Origin: a virus
Lineage: Duplodnaviria > Caudoviricetes
Virus record (IMG/VR): IMGVR_UViG_3300028591_000146
Location: 30,040-94,039 of that record
Reading direction: 5' to 3' (one strand)
DNA: 64,000 nt
Within the stretch, counting starts at the first letter, position 1, and each line of letters begins with the position of its first letter. Positions 1 to 11,150 of the stretch are shown piece by piece. The notes under the pieces are model-generated. The model saw nothing but the letters and a program-made list of their open reading frames with translations, ran no database searches and was not told where the DNA came from. The translations under genes were made by a program, and so were the position numbers.

Positions 1-1
1 G

Positions 2-1003
2 GTTGCAAAGAAGAATCTCAATGATGTTATACTGTTCGCAATCGACTCACAGACAAGACATATATCACTTGATGATGTTGCTTCAATCAAGTATATTCCG
101 ATCATCGCTGATGACAATGATGGTTCCGGTAGAGACCGTGAGCGTGGTCGTGAAATGTTCCTCTGGAATAGCAATAACGGCAAGCTTGATGAGATGTATG
201 AAATCTGTAAAGAGACTGATACAATCTTCGTTGTTACATCAGCTGCAGGTGGTACAGGTTCTGGTAGCTGTCCAGCACTTTGCAAACAGCTCAAAACACG
301 TAATGAATATTGCAACATCATCCCAATAATCATATGCCCGAACATGGATGATCCGGATGCATATCACCTCAACACAACAGACCTCATGGTTGAGCTCGGT
401 GATGTTGGTATCAGAACATACATGATCTTCCGTAATCCTAATTCATCAGACTACAGAAAGGTCAATGCTGAAATCGTTGAAGCTATTGATATTTTGCTTG
501 GTAATAAGTATGAGACAACAGACAACGATTCAATCGATGCATCAGATCTGAATAACATCCTCATGGTTGATGGAAGGCTCTTCGCAATATCTGTATCAGG
601 AGATTCTGTTGATGAAGTTAGTAGAAAGCTTGCAAAGGAAATAGTATCATCATATCAGCCGACATGGGATCCTTCTGATAGAGGTTACGGAGTTGCAGCA
701 TTCTCAATGAAATCCATCAATGCTGGAGAAGATTCAAAGATTGTATTTGATGATATCCTTCCTAAGATTGAGCATTGTTCAGACAGATACAAGAATATCG
801 TTATAGATGATAATAATGGTAAGATCGATGTATCTCTCATAGTTGCAGGACTTCAGCCAGTAGACTTCAAGACCATAGAAGTTAACTATACAGAGACAGC
901 ATCAATCAGTGAGAACCTCAAGAAAGCAGAGCGTCCAGCATTCATGACAAAACGCAAGAGACGTTCATTTGCAGAATTCGAAAAAGAAATGAGTAAGAAA
1001 TAA
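2..1003 (+). CDS. Tubulin/FtsZ-family GTPase (PhuZ/TubZ-like), 5'-partial
   Basis: Frame is open from base 2 (VAKKNLNDVILFAIDS...GSGRDRERGREM); tubulin signature AAGGTGSG; T7-loop-like IDASDL; basic C-terminal tail. Confidence 0.85.
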   Translation, partial: VAKKNLNDVILFAIDSQTRHISLDDVASIKYIPIIADDNDGSGRDRERGREMFLWNSNNGKLDEMYEICKETDTIFVVTSAAGGTGSGSCPALCKQLKTRNEYCNIIPIIICPNMDDPDAYHLNTTDLMVELGDVGIRTYMIFRNPNSSDYRKVNAEIVEAIDILLGNKYETTDNDSIDASDLNNILMVDGRLFAISVSGDSVDEVSRKLAKEIVSSYQPTWDPSDRGYGVAAFSMKSINAGEDSKIVFDDILPKIEHCSDRYKNIVIDDNNGKIDVSLIVAGLQPVDFKTIEVNYTETASISENLKKAERPAFMTKRKRRSFAEFEKEMSKK

Positions 1004-1222
1004 TGTATAAAATCCGTCCGGATTGTAGCCCTACCTATAATCCGGACTTGACATATACATATAATTATTCTGGTAACACGGTACAGCTGTGTATCCAAAA
1101 TAGGATCAATTGATTGTCGAATAAATTAATAAAGGAGGATATACTGACGGATTGGTTCTATTAAATCTCATGTCGACAGTGAGATAGCTTGGTTCCTCCC
1201 AAGTAGTCAGTAGAAATTTACC

Positions 1223-2110
1223 ATGGTAAGACTTATGGACACGGATGAAGTGTGTCTGGATTCTGTAGAGTCATATCTCAGAAGAACAGGTGCACCAATT
1301 CCAAGAAACCCGGAAGAAGAACTTGTCATCAAAAAGCATGCACGTGACATGTTATATTCCGACATCGCCAACAGACTCCCAAGAATTTCAGCATATCTGC
1401 TTGAAGTCGGAGACTCTGAAGAAAAGGCTAAAGCACTGAGATTCGCAATCGAACATCATTGTATGGATGCAGCATTTGTGAATGTTGTAATGCAAAGACT
1501 TGCAACAAACGGATTCCTTGAAGATGCACATCTTGTTGGAGCACTGTTTGTGACAGTAATCAATAAGTATTTTGAGGATCACAAACCTACATCCAAGATG
1601 AAGGCTGAAGAGATTGAGGATCTTCAGAAGAAGAATGTTCGTGAGACTCAGCATCTCAAGAATGCAATCTCTGTACTTCTCAAGGATATCATTGTTAATG
1701 TAAGAGAGCTCTGTCCAGGACTCGACGAAGACGTTGAAGTTCCAGCAATCGCAGGAGCAATCGCTGTAAACAATGAGACAACTCTTACAGAACTCATGAA
1801 CTTTGAGAAACAGCTCACTGCTGATATCTTCAAGGTATATACAGATCCTGAGAAGATCATCAGAGCAGCACTTCTGATGAAGAAGAACAACTATCTGAAG
1901 CTCACAGCTAATCAGCAGAAGTTCGTTCAGTCTCTCAAGGATTTCGTATTCAGCAAGCTCGATAGTCTCGATATGACACAGTGCTACAGATTCCTCTTAT
2001 CTGTATATAATGATATGAAGCCTAAGACTGCAGAATATCTTATATGCATTACAGATGTATCTAAGGCACAGTATCCTAATCTTCACGAAGTCGTAAATCA
2101 GTTCAAATAA
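1223..2110 (+). CDS. hypothetical protein
   Basis: 295-aa ORF with phage-like codon usage; no adjacent SD (see findings). Confidence 0.75.
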   Translation: MVRLMDTDEVCLDSVESYLRRTGAPIPRNPEEELVIKKHARDMLYSDIANRLPRISAYLLEVGDSEEKAKALRFAIEHHCMDAAFVNVVMQRLATNGFLEDAHLVGALFVTVINKYFEDHKPTSKMKAEEIEDLQKKNVRETQHLKNAISVLLKDIIVNVRELCPGLDEDVEVPAIAGAIAVNNETTLTELMNFEKQLTADIFKVYTDPEKIIRAALLMKKNNYLKLTANQQKFVQSLKDFVFSKLDSLDMTQCYRFLLSVYNDMKPKTAEYLICITDVSKAQYPNLHEVVNQFK

Positions 2111-2124
2111 GGAGGACGAAAATA

Positions 2125-2670
2125 ATGGATAACAACGCACAGTTCAGAATCTCGCCTCAGGTAGTTGAAGCACTGAGACCGATTATCTCTGATATGACAA
2201 GAGTCATGGCATTCCAGCAGGCACACGCTGGTGACACAAACTATAAGGTTCCCGACTGGGTATCAGCTGCAAAGAGATGCTGCTGTCATGTAGTATTCGA
2301 TGGACGTCAGCAGGCTAAGCTTGCAATCGCAAAGCGTTCTGATGGAAAACTCTGGTGCACAGCATGTGGAAGAGAGATCTCAACTGATTTCGGAAAGGAT
2401 TCAACTGAGAAACTTCTTGCTGCAATCGCAGAAGTAAACAAGGTTCTTCTCTTCGGAGTTATTAATGGTCTTGATCCTAAGGCTGCTCAGTCTATCGTAT
2501 CTGTAAAGGCTGTAATGCCTGATATCGTTCAGATGAATACAGAACTCAACCAGAAGCTTGATAACAACCAGAAGGCCGCTAAGGTTACAGGTGCTATCGG
2601 CGATGAGTACAGAGGCGAATTCGCAGCAATGTACAATACAGGTGATGCATTCACAACAATGCACGGTTGA
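2125..2670 (+). CDS. hypothetical protein with putative Zn-binding motifs
   Basis: AAGGAGG RBS; CCCH and CTAC motifs. Confidence 0.75.
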   Translation: MDNNAQFRISPQVVEALRPIISDMTRVMAFQQAHAGDTNYKVPDWVSAAKRCCCHVVFDGRQQAKLAIAKRSDGKLWCTACGREISTDFGKDSTEKLLAAIAEVNKVLLFGVINGLDPKAAQSIVSVKAVMPDIVQMNTELNQKLDNNQKAAKVTGAIGDEYRGEFAAMYNTGDAFTTMHG

Positions 2671-2677
2671 TGATTTA

Positions 2678-2706
2678 GAGGAGGGCGTGAAGCCCTCCTC
2701 TTTTTT
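2678..2706. terminator. intrinsic terminator between convergent genes
   Basis: GAGGAGGGC-GTGAA-GCCCTCCTC followed by T-tract. Confidence 0.75.
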
Positions 2707-3974
2707 CAACATAAACTTATTGTCGTTTTACCAGTGAACTTACCACTGCCAATGTTCGTAAATACATCAGTAACTTGCATCGGTCTGTAAACTCTATCGA
2801 TATTTATTCCACGTGGAAGATTATCGAATGTAAATGTAAATCTGTTGAATGCATGATATAAAACAGGACGTATGTAAGCAAGATCCATTGAAACATCGAT
2901 CTGAGTATTCTTTTCTTCAACAAGTGTTTTGTACATTGATGTCAAGAAATTATTTTTTGTTTTGTGGATTAAACTTGGAGCTGTAATGTTTGATGAATAT
3001 GAACGTTTGAATGTTTCTTTTAATTCAGATGATTCGACATCAAAATCTTCAACATTGATTGCTGAGAATATCTTTGGATTGACAGTTTGTTCAATATCTG
3101 TAGCACTCTTGATTGATACAGCTGTATCGGTAGTTATTGCTGTGCAAGACAATTCACCCGTAAGATTTGAATTATAATATAAACCTGAAAATGTATTTCC
3201 AGCTTTATATGAAGTGACTCTGATGTTTATTGTGTTATTGTGTAATAATTGGATATCTCGACTTAATGGACCTAATATTATATAACCAGATCCAGCATCA
3301 GTTGTTAACATCGCTCCAGATTTGTATAAACCATAATATGAATCCAAATAGGAAATTGCATCGATAAACGATAGATTCGGTATGAGTATCTGATCAAATT
3401 TTTCATTGTTATCTAATGAAGCTACTGTACCTTTCAAATTACATTCATTAGCCATGTAATTGATTACTTCCATAAGTGTTGTGTTCTTGAATATCGATGT
3501 GACTTTGCGTTTGATATTCCTTATAGCTTCTTCATCATAACAGTATAGAGTTATTGGTACCTTCGATGTAGTATTCAGAGAATCATCTTTTTTGATACCT
3601 TGTTGATAGTTATCGTACTCAGAGTACGGTGTATTCTTGGATTCAATGTAACATCTAAGCTTTTTATTTTGATATATACCAAATGCTGATGTTTCTAATG
3701 TTCTTCCGAAAGTTTTATCTTCCTGATTGATTTCACAAATATCTCGAGTTGCACTGATAGTCATGTCGAGATTCTTAGGATTCTCATTTATATATGTGAG
3801 AGTTGTGATATCAGTATAGAGACGAATACGAAACATTGGAAAGATGTTGTTATTGAAATCCTGTTGTATTGAAATAGAAACGACATCATCCTTAGATATT
3901 AACAACGGTGATGATACATTATTTATTAGAGTGATATCGAATCTGAGAATTGTGGCACACATTAAATTATCCAT
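2706..3974 (-). CDS. putative virion structural (baseplate hub-like) protein
   Basis: About 422 aa, beta-rich; QILIPNLSFIDAISYLDSYYGLY segment reminiscent of hub proteins; morphogenesis context. Confidence 0.45.
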   Translation of the reverse strand: MDNLMCATILRFDITLINNVSSPLLISKDDVVSISIQQDFNNNIFPMFRIRLYTDITTLTYINENPKNLDMTISATRDICEINQEDKTFGRTLETSAFGIYQNKKLRCYIESKNTPYSEYDNYQQGIKKDDSLNTTSKVPITLYCYDEEAIRNIKRKVTSIFKNTTLMEVINYMANECNLKGTVASLDNNEKFDQILIPNLSFIDAISYLDSYYGLYKSGAMLTTDAGSGYIILGPLSRDIQLLHNNTINIRVTSYKAGNTFSGLYYNSNLTGELSCTAITTDTAVSIKSATDIEQTVNPKIFSAINVEDFDVESSELKETFKRSYSSNITAPSLIHKTKNNFLTSMYKTLVEEKNTQIDVSMDLAYIRPVLYHAFNRFTFTFDNLPRGINIDRVYRPMQVTDVFTNIGSGKFTGKTTISLC

Positions 3975-4047
3975 TATAAGACCCCCAGACAAAATTGTAA
4001 TCTCGCTTTATAAAGCGTTATGAATATTAAATAAAGGACGTGAATTT

Positions 4048-4992
4048 ATGATTCAGATTATACAGGAAACAGCACTACCGAAATTATCTCAGACTTCATT
4101 GTATGAGAAATTCAACGAAACTTCTGATCTCAGTAATGGTGTTCGTGAAGAGATCAAGAAGATGAAAGAGTATAGAGTAAACCCTGAACATATTCAGGAG
4201 GTTATTTCAATAATGAAACTCAATGGTGATGCTATCTGCAAGAAAGCAATCGAAGCTGTCATCAAAGGTGAAATCATCATTCTTGATAATAAGGAAACAT
4301 CTAAGATTCCAGTATGTCTTCCATACATCATAATCTCTAAGGATGGTAAACATACAGCATTTGTATTTGCTAATACATTCCTTGACGTTATTACATCACT
4401 ACAAGAAACACCTAAACTCATGGCTGTACTTGAAGCTGCGTATCTTGCATTATGTATCACTCGTAAACAGAATGATTTCATAATGAACTCACAGCTAATG
4501 TTAACTTTGTGTAAGGTTTGGTTGGTAATGGTTACAGCTCCACTCCAACAAAAACTCTACATGAAGGGTGATAATCTTAACAAAGCGATGTTGTATCTCA
4601 TCACATATTTCTACATGTTATTCAGAGATGTCAATGAGCTTGATGCTACATCAATCCCATATGCAAAGATTATGGATGACAAGATTGATGCTAAGATTGC
4701 AGCTTCTATTATTGAAGATGCTAAAACTATAGGTTCTCAGAACTTCATGGATATTATCAATAAGATTAAGAAGATAAATGCTATACGTTATAAAGACTTG
4801 GATTCCATGTATATGTCATACTTCACAACTGTATGTGGAACCCCATTGATATTCAGTATCGAAAATATCTCATATCTGTTCTTGTTGCTTACTTCTTCAG
4901 CATACAAAACTAACATGACTGGATATGGTCTGAATAAACTTGTGCAACTCACATCAAGAAAGATACTCAATGTAATGTCAAGTATAGTATAA
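4048..4992 (+). CDS. hypothetical protein
   Basis: 314-aa ORF with AAAGGA RBS. Confidence 0.75.
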   Translation: MIQIIQETALPKLSQTSLYEKFNETSDLSNGVREEIKKMKEYRVNPEHIQEVISIMKLNGDAICKKAIEAVIKGEIIILDNKETSKIPVCLPYIIISKDGKHTAFVFANTFLDVITSLQETPKLMAVLEAAYLALCITRKQNDFIMNSQLMLTLCKVWLVMVTAPLQQKLYMKGDNLNKAMLYLITYFYMLFRDVNELDATSIPYAKIMDDKIDAKIAASIIEDAKTIGSQNFMDIINKIKKINAIRYKDLDSMYMSYFTTVCGTPLIFSIENISYLFLLLTSSAYKTNMTGYGLNKLVQLTSRKILNVMSSIV

Positions 4993-5010
4993 TCCCAAGG
5001 TGGTGATTAT

Positions 5011-6591
5011 ATGGCAAAGAATAAAAAAGACTATAAAGAAGGATGGATGACTGATGTTCTGCTGCACCCAGATACACACAATGCTGGTGGTTATCCTAGA
5101 ACTGATACTCCTCCGTATTTGAGTCCTGAAGAAAAAACTCTCACTCCTGAAGATCATTTTGTTCATGCTGTCGAAGCTATCAGGATCAGTAAAGAAAATT
5201 TCTATACTACAGATCCAAGTATGCATCTGACAAAGGATATCAATGACATGAATCTGGCAGATATACCAGCATATCATAAAGAATTAAAGAATGATGGTAG
5301 TATCATGGATGTTCCTGATTTCACTGGTAGTACAACGAATGTGAATCCGTTGAATGATCCTGTGAAACAGGAAATACTTGATACTGAGATGGCTTATTAT
5401 GAAGAGACTAATGATCGTACCAAGATATCACCTATAGCACCATTCATTCGTTCGGATCCGAAGATTGCTCATAGATCCATCATGTTCTCATATAATAGAA
5501 CAAAGACTCCAGTTGCTGATGTTGAATGGCGGAAAGGATTCCGCCATTTATTTTTCACTCGTCCTGAGTGTTATGTAATGTGCAGAGACAATGGAATCAA
5601 GCTTTGTTCACAAGCTGAGAATGATGAGGAATTCGCCTCAACATATACAAGACTCCCACATGTTGTTCAGATGTTAGCTCCTGTATATGTAACAGGCTCA
5701 TTTGATAATGATAAGCTTATATCTAATTGGCATTATCTATTATCTAACAGAATAGATGGATTCAACTCGACTGGTACAACAATTGGTATCAATGAAAATA
5801 CCGGCAAATCAGCACGGGGTTATTCAATCACTCCGGGTACATTCATAAATTCAAATATTGGTTCTACATTTGAAGCGTCATTCAGTGAAACCAAAAATCT
5901 TGAATGTTATGAAACATTGAGATTATGGATGATGTATATCAGTAAACGTCACAGTGGTATGTTTGCTCCATCATATAATGGATATCTGTACGATAATAAT
6001 TTCTATGAACCTGGTAAAGTAGTTGGTGAAGGAAAGATATTACATCCATACGATAGAGCACTTGATTATGCTGCAACATTATTTGACATTGTAACGAATG
6101 AATCTGGTACAAAGATTCTGTACTGGTGCAAATATTATGGAATATTCCCAGTATCTGCAACACCGTCATTAACAAATTCAAACAATGGTCCAATCACAAA
6201 TGTTAAAACATCAGCTACATTCAGGTATATGTTCAAAGTTGAAAACACTAACAAAGCTTTGTTGGAGTTCAACTACAACGCTGGTATTGTTGGTAAGACT
6301 GGAAAGCTTAATCCAGCGGGTGAAACACTTGCAAGTGATGTACAAGAGTCATTACCATTCCTTTTGAAAGATGAAGTCAATGACAAATATATCGGTGCTG
6401 CAGGAATGTTTACTGGTTCACCATATATTGTAATGGGACCTGATTACCAGACAGATCTTCTTAGTGCTAGTACACTTACAGTACCATACTTGAGATTTGC
6501 AAATATCAATAACAAATCTGTCAATAAGGAAATGAACCAGAATATCATCAATGATAACACTTACATATCATTGAATCCAATATCATTATAA
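5011..6591 (+). CDS. virion structural protein (tail tube/tube-initiator-like)
   Basis: HLFFTRPECYV and ILYWCKYYGIFPVS segments typical of jumbo-phage tube-fold proteins; adjacent to portal. Confidence 0.5.
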   Translation: MAKNKKDYKEGWMTDVLLHPDTHNAGGYPRTDTPPYLSPEEKTLTPEDHFVHAVEAIRISKENFYTTDPSMHLTKDINDMNLADIPAYHKELKNDGSIMDVPDFTGSTTNVNPLNDPVKQEILDTEMAYYEETNDRTKISPIAPFIRSDPKIAHRSIMFSYNRTKTPVADVEWRKGFRHLFFTRPECYVMCRDNGIKLCSQAENDEEFASTYTRLPHVVQMLAPVYVTGSFDNDKLISNWHYLLSNRIDGFNSTGTTIGINENTGKSARGYSITPGTFINSNIGSTFEASFSETKNLECYETLRLWMMYISKRHSGMFAPSYNGYLYDNNFYEPGKVVGEGKILHPYDRALDYAATLFDIVTNESGTKILYWCKYYGIFPVSATPSLTNSNNGPITNVKTSATFRYMFKVENTNKALLEFNYNAGIVGKTGKLNPAGETLASDVQESLPFLLKDEVNDKYIGAAGMFTGSPYIVMGPDYQTDLLSASTLTVPYLRFANINNKSVNKEMNQNIINDNTYISLNPISL

Positions 6592-6609
6592 GAAAGGAGT
6601 GTGATATAA

Positions 6610-8952
6610 ATGCCTACTAATAATCAAGATATCATCAATGGTTTGATGGCGGATCTTACTGGTAAACCTGCAATGTCTGGTGGTGGTGTATCTATCACCA
6701 AAGAAGAGATTCAGGATACGATTACCAGAATCTTCAAACAATACAATCTGTCAACAGACAAATCATTTGTTACTAAGATTGCTCAGATCAAATGGGATGA
6801 TAAGACTCAAGGAATTGATCTTGATTCAATTCCTCAGGAACTTCAAGATGCTGCATTTCTTCCAGTTAATACTATAGCAGATATAGCATTACGTCAAGAC
6901 TTGGATCTGGTTATATCACAGATACCAGAATGGTTCGTTGCATTACAGATTACTCGTGATGCAATATGTGAGTCAGATGTTGTTACTGGTAGAATGGCAA
7001 GAAATATCACATTTGATAGAACCAATCTTCCTGAAGAAGAAGTCAATAGCATTATGGAGAAGATCAATGATGTTGAAGAACGTCTCGATCTTGATTCTAT
7101 TATAAAGAACCACGTCGTATTCAACACACTCGAATATGGTGAAGGTTATTTGTATACAATCCCATATGCTAAAGTATTCCAGGATCTCTATAAGTTCAAA
7201 AACTCAAAGAGTACAAAGAACAAAAAAGACAAGTCCAACATAATGACCAACATGTTTCAACACCAACAGAACATGAAAGGTTATGGTTACAGTGAAACAT
7301 TTGAAGTATCTTTGAAAGATGCTATTATAAATGAACACACTGTTCATGGTACTCCCGAAAGTGTATTCACTGAATCGGAAATCATGGATCTCTACCCCTG
7401 GTATCATGATTCATCTGTTAAAGATCAGAAGAAATTCTCTGATGATGTTGATAATGATATCGATTACATCTCTCAGAATATCACATATGTTGAACAGGAT
7501 GTTGCACTTCCAGTAATTGAAGAGAGTGAATTTGAAATCCGTGAAGCCTACAAAGCCCATATGAACAAAGGTAAATATGATGGATTCAATTCATTTGTTC
7601 AAGAACATGATATCTTCACTGAAGTAAATAATCAGGATGATAACAATGATGGAATTCTTAATGAATTCTCTAATATCAGAGGTATCTATCTTAGAATACT
7701 TCCATCAACAAAACTGATTCCAATCAGAATTGATAGAGAAGTAATTGGTTATTACTACATATCTGATATGACTAAGACTGAGGAATCTGGTCAGCGTAAG
7801 AACTCTGGATTGACTGGATATACTCTTAGATCTCCATCAGTTGGATATGATACATTCTCACCAGACCAGATGTTCTGTGAGAAGCTTGCAACTAAGATAA
7901 TCAATAACTTCAACATCAAGTTCATGAGAGACAATACAACTCTTCACAAACAGATTGTCTCAATACTCATGTCTCATAAGTTTAATGAAGCAATGTTGAG
8001 ATTCATATTCATTCCTGCTGAACATGTTATCCAGTTCTCTATCAATAAGGATGGTATGAATAAAGGACATTCAATGCTCGAACCTGGTTTGGTTACTGCG
8101 AGAATGTACATGTTCTTGAAACTGTATTCATTGTTATTCCAGATAAACAATTCTGCTGTCAGAGTTTACTATCTCCACATGTCAGGTATTGATCACGACT
8201 ACAGACAACTTATCCAGAATACAATAAGAAAATTTGCAGCTCGTCGTATTACTGCAAATGATATCTTTAATTACAGATCATCAATGAACAAAGTATCCGG
8301 TGGTTCTGAATTGATTATGCCTATGGGTGCTGGTGATAAAGCTCCTATTACATTCGATAAGATCGAACCAGCTGATGCTCCGATCAATAATGAACTGCTT
8401 GAGCAGCTCAAGAATGAAGCAATCAACTCAACTCCAGTTCCTTCATTGATGGTTCAGACTGGTGGTCAATCTGAAATTGAGTTTGCTAAAGAAACTGAAC
8501 TTGCAAACACAAGATTCAATACAATGATTTCTTCATATAAACTTGATTTCAATAAAGATGCAACCTGGTTGTATCGTCGTATCATGAGATGGGAGACTGA
8601 TATTCCTGAAGAACTTATTGCAACAATGCATTATGTTCTTAGAATGCCTATGAGAAAACAGCTTGAAGTTACAAGTGAAATGATTCAGAACTTTGAATCA
8701 TTAACTGAAATGCTTGTTAAGACATTCCTTACAGCTGATGAAGCTAAACCTCCACAGAACAGTGAAGGATATTCAGATACAGTTCGTGAGTTCAGAAAGT
8801 TGTCTCTTGCAGATCAGATTCCACAACTCGACATTGATCATTATGAAGAACTTGCAAACAAGGCTCGTGAGAATGCTGGTAAGCTTAAACTTGCGGCTAC
8901 AAATAAAGCTGAGAATCTTGTACAACAAGATGAAGAGAATATGGAAATGTAA
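6610..8952 (+). CDS. portal protein
   Basis: 780 aa; TLEYGEGY, IGYYYI, 'AINSTPVPS...EIEFAKE' pattern of jumbo-phage portals. Confidence 0.65.
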   Translation: MPTNNQDIINGLMADLTGKPAMSGGGVSITKEEIQDTITRIFKQYNLSTDKSFVTKIAQIKWDDKTQGIDLDSIPQELQDAAFLPVNTIADIALRQDLDLVISQIPEWFVALQITRDAICESDVVTGRMARNITFDRTNLPEEEVNSIMEKINDVEERLDLDSIIKNHVVFNTLEYGEGYLYTIPYAKVFQDLYKFKNSKSTKNKKDKSNIMTNMFQHQQNMKGYGYSETFEVSLKDAIINEHTVHGTPESVFTESEIMDLYPWYHDSSVKDQKKFSDDVDNDIDYISQNITYVEQDVALPVIEESEFEIREAYKAHMNKGKYDGFNSFVQEHDIFTEVNNQDDNNDGILNEFSNIRGIYLRILPSTKLIPIRIDREVIGYYYISDMTKTEESGQRKNSGLTGYTLRSPSVGYDTFSPDQMFCEKLATKIINNFNIKFMRDNTTLHKQIVSILMSHKFNEAMLRFIFIPAEHVIQFSINKDGMNKGHSMLEPGLVTARMYMFLKLYSLLFQINNSAVRVYYLHMSGIDHDYRQLIQNTIRKFAARRITANDIFNYRSSMNKVSGGSELIMPMGAGDKAPITFDKIEPADAPINNELLEQLKNEAINSTPVPSLMVQTGGQSEIEFAKETELANTRFNTMISSYKLDFNKDATWLYRRIMRWETDIPEELIATMHYVLRMPMRKQLEVTSEMIQNFESLTEMLVKTFLTADEAKPPQNSEGYSDTVREFRKLSLADQIPQLDIDHYEELANKARENAGKLKLAATNKAENLVQQDEENMEM

Positions 8953-8963
8953 GGTGATCATGT

Positions 8964-10406
8964 ATGAAGATAGAGAAAACGACAACTGGTATCATTATAC
9001 ACGATCCATCAGATGAGATGAAACGTAAAGTATTGAGATATTTTTCACTGAAAGGTCCTGTTCGTGAATTCTTTATCTATACTGGTAAGGAATCTGCATT
9101 TCCAATATTTGGAAATCACGATACTATCTATATCACATCTGGTATTCTTGGTATTAAAGATGAAGCTCTTCAACATATGTTGAGAGGATACAAAACTCTT
9201 GATGTTCCAACTCCAGCATCTGTTGATATTGAGGTTAATATGAAACCTCGTTCCAGATTCCAAGAAGATTGTATAAATGCTATGCTGCATTCTACTAAAC
9301 CCAAACTTGCTATTGAAGCTAAGGGTGGATCCGGTAAAACGTTCATGGCATCATATGCAATATCTAAACTTCATCTCAAACCATTGATCATTGCACCAAC
9401 TGCCAATTTGAAGAATCAGTGGATTGAGAACTTTGAAAACTTTGGTATCGACCGTAAGGACATCGCAACCAATATTCATGATGGAAAAAATAAGAAGATG
9501 ACAATTGTTACGATTGCTGCACTTGGTAATGAACTTCGTAATGATTGGCAACAACTTATGAAATCCATCGAGGATGCTCGTTATGGTATTAAAGTTATCG
9601 ATGAAGCTCACTTAGCACTCAAAGCTATTATGAGATTCGATGCTATATGTAATATCAAACATAACTGGTATTTGTCTGCAACACTTGGTCGTAGTAGTAT
9701 TGAAGAAGATGATATCCTGAATCGTATGTATCTTGATGCTGATAGATTTGTTGGAAATGCTTCATATGAAGAATACCAAAAAGAATATATCAATATCTAT
9801 TTACAAGATATTCATTATAATCCGTCAAGGTTTACATGTAAACAATATTTGAAGTTTGGTAAAAAGGGTATCATAAAAGCTTCATACTATAATATGTTGA
9901 TGCATTACAGAAATGGACAACCGTTCTTGAATAATGTATTGCGAATGGCTAAGATTGCAAAAAAGACTGAAACTTATGATGGTCGTATACTTATACTATT
10001 ACCGATGTTGGAAATCATTGATACAGTTGCCAATATGATGAGAAAAGATCCTTTCTTTGCTGGTGCTAAGATTGGTGTCATCAATGGTAAAATGCCAATG
10101 AGAGAACGTATTCAAAGTATGGAATGTGACTACATATTATCAACAGCAGCATCCGCTGGTACTGGTGTTGACTTTAAGAATCTTGGTTGTGTTGTAAACT
10201 TTGATCAAGCAGCATCATTAATCATCACTGAACAAATTGTAGTTCGTTTGAGAGATCGTGGAAATGAATGTTGGTATTTCGATATACGTGACATTGTTAG
10301 ATATGCTAGATCTTTTGAACACTGGGGTCGTAATAGACGAATGGTATTAAGTTACATCCCTGGAGTGTATGCTGATCTCAAGAAGCTTCCAGATATACGT
10401 TGTTAA
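8964..10406 (+). CDS. SF2 DExH helicase (UvsW-like)
   Basis: Walker A GGSGKT, IIAPT, DEAH, SAT, GTGVDF, QIVVRLR. Confidence 0.9.
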   Translation: MKIEKTTTGIIIHDPSDEMKRKVLRYFSLKGPVREFFIYTGKESAFPIFGNHDTIYITSGILGIKDEALQHMLRGYKTLDVPTPASVDIEVNMKPRSRFQEDCINAMLHSTKPKLAIEAKGGSGKTFMASYAISKLHLKPLIIAPTANLKNQWIENFENFGIDRKDIATNIHDGKNKKMTIVTIAALGNELRNDWQQLMKSIEDARYGIKVIDEAHLALKAIMRFDAICNIKHNWYLSATLGRSSIEEDDILNRMYLDADRFVGNASYEEYQKEYINIYLQDIHYNPSRFTCKQYLKFGKKGIIKASYYNMLMHYRNGQPFLNNVLRMAKIAKKTETYDGRILILLPMLEIIDTVANMMRKDPFFAGAKIGVINGKMPMRERIQSMECDYILSTAASAGTGVDFKNLGCVVNFDQAASLIITEQIVVRLRDRGNECWYFDIRDIVRYARSFEHWGRNRRMVLSYIPGVYADLKKLPDIRC

Positions 10407-10410
10407 CAAG

Positions 10411-10443
10411 AAAAAAGAGCTCCCTGTGTGGGAGCTCTTTTTT
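10411..10443. terminator. bidirectional intrinsic terminator
   Basis: AAAAAAGAGCTCCC-TGTGT-GGGAGCTCTTTTTT. Confidence 0.8.
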
Positions 10444-10569
10444 CGTTAATCTGCCGTACATTAACAGTATATTTTACATCCCCTGTTGATATGGGATGTT
10501 GAGCTTATAGGTTAGATCAGTCCTTTAAGGACCATGATCATAACCTCGAGTATTTTTCTGCCAAACATA

Positions 10570-11040
10570 TTAGTTCTTATCGCTGTCAGTCATACCTGCG
10601 ATCTTGTTTCTGATTCCTTTCACGTGATCAACCGCAGATTTTATGTTTGCGATCTCATTTGTGATTGACATTGCATAGGTGTCGATGCCTTTTACTATAT
10701 CATTGGTTCTGCTTTCCTGAGAGTTTATTCTGTTTTCGAGCTTCTGGAATTTCGCATCAGAATCGATGCGATTGAGACGAGTATTACGCTCTCTCATTTC
10801 CTCGAGCTCCTTTTCAGACTTTCTTCTTGCCTCAGCCTGCTCAGCATCGTGCTTGTTCTGCTGAGCAAGAACCTCTTTGATGAGAGTTCCTACTACAGGC
10901 AGCGCCTTGTTAAGTGTCTCACCTGAGGTCTTCATGTCCTCAGCGGATACTTCAGTTGCGAGATTGAGTTCGTCGAGATTGACGTTTACACCACTGTCGT
11001 TGAAGTTGAAGCCCTTGATTGAAATGTTGAAGTTTGCCAT
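10570..11040 (-). CDS. coiled-coil hypothetical protein (early cassette)
   Basis: 156 aa, AAGGAGG RBS, own promoter and leader. Confidence 0.8.
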   Translation of the reverse strand: MANFNISIKGFNFNDSGVNVNLDELNLATEVSAEDMKTSGETLNKALPVVGTLIKEVLAQQNKHDAEQAEARRKSEKELEEMRERNTRLNRIDSDAKFQKLENRINSQESRTNDIVKGIDTYAMSITNEIANIKSAVDHVKGIRNKIAGMTDSDKN

Positions 11041-11150
11041 AATGATCCTCCTTAAAAGATCACACTCCGAAGAGTGGGGGTTGACTAGACCCCTAGTAAA
11101 ATATAAATATGTATACTTTGAATACTTGAGCCATTCTGCTCTTTCTTCAT

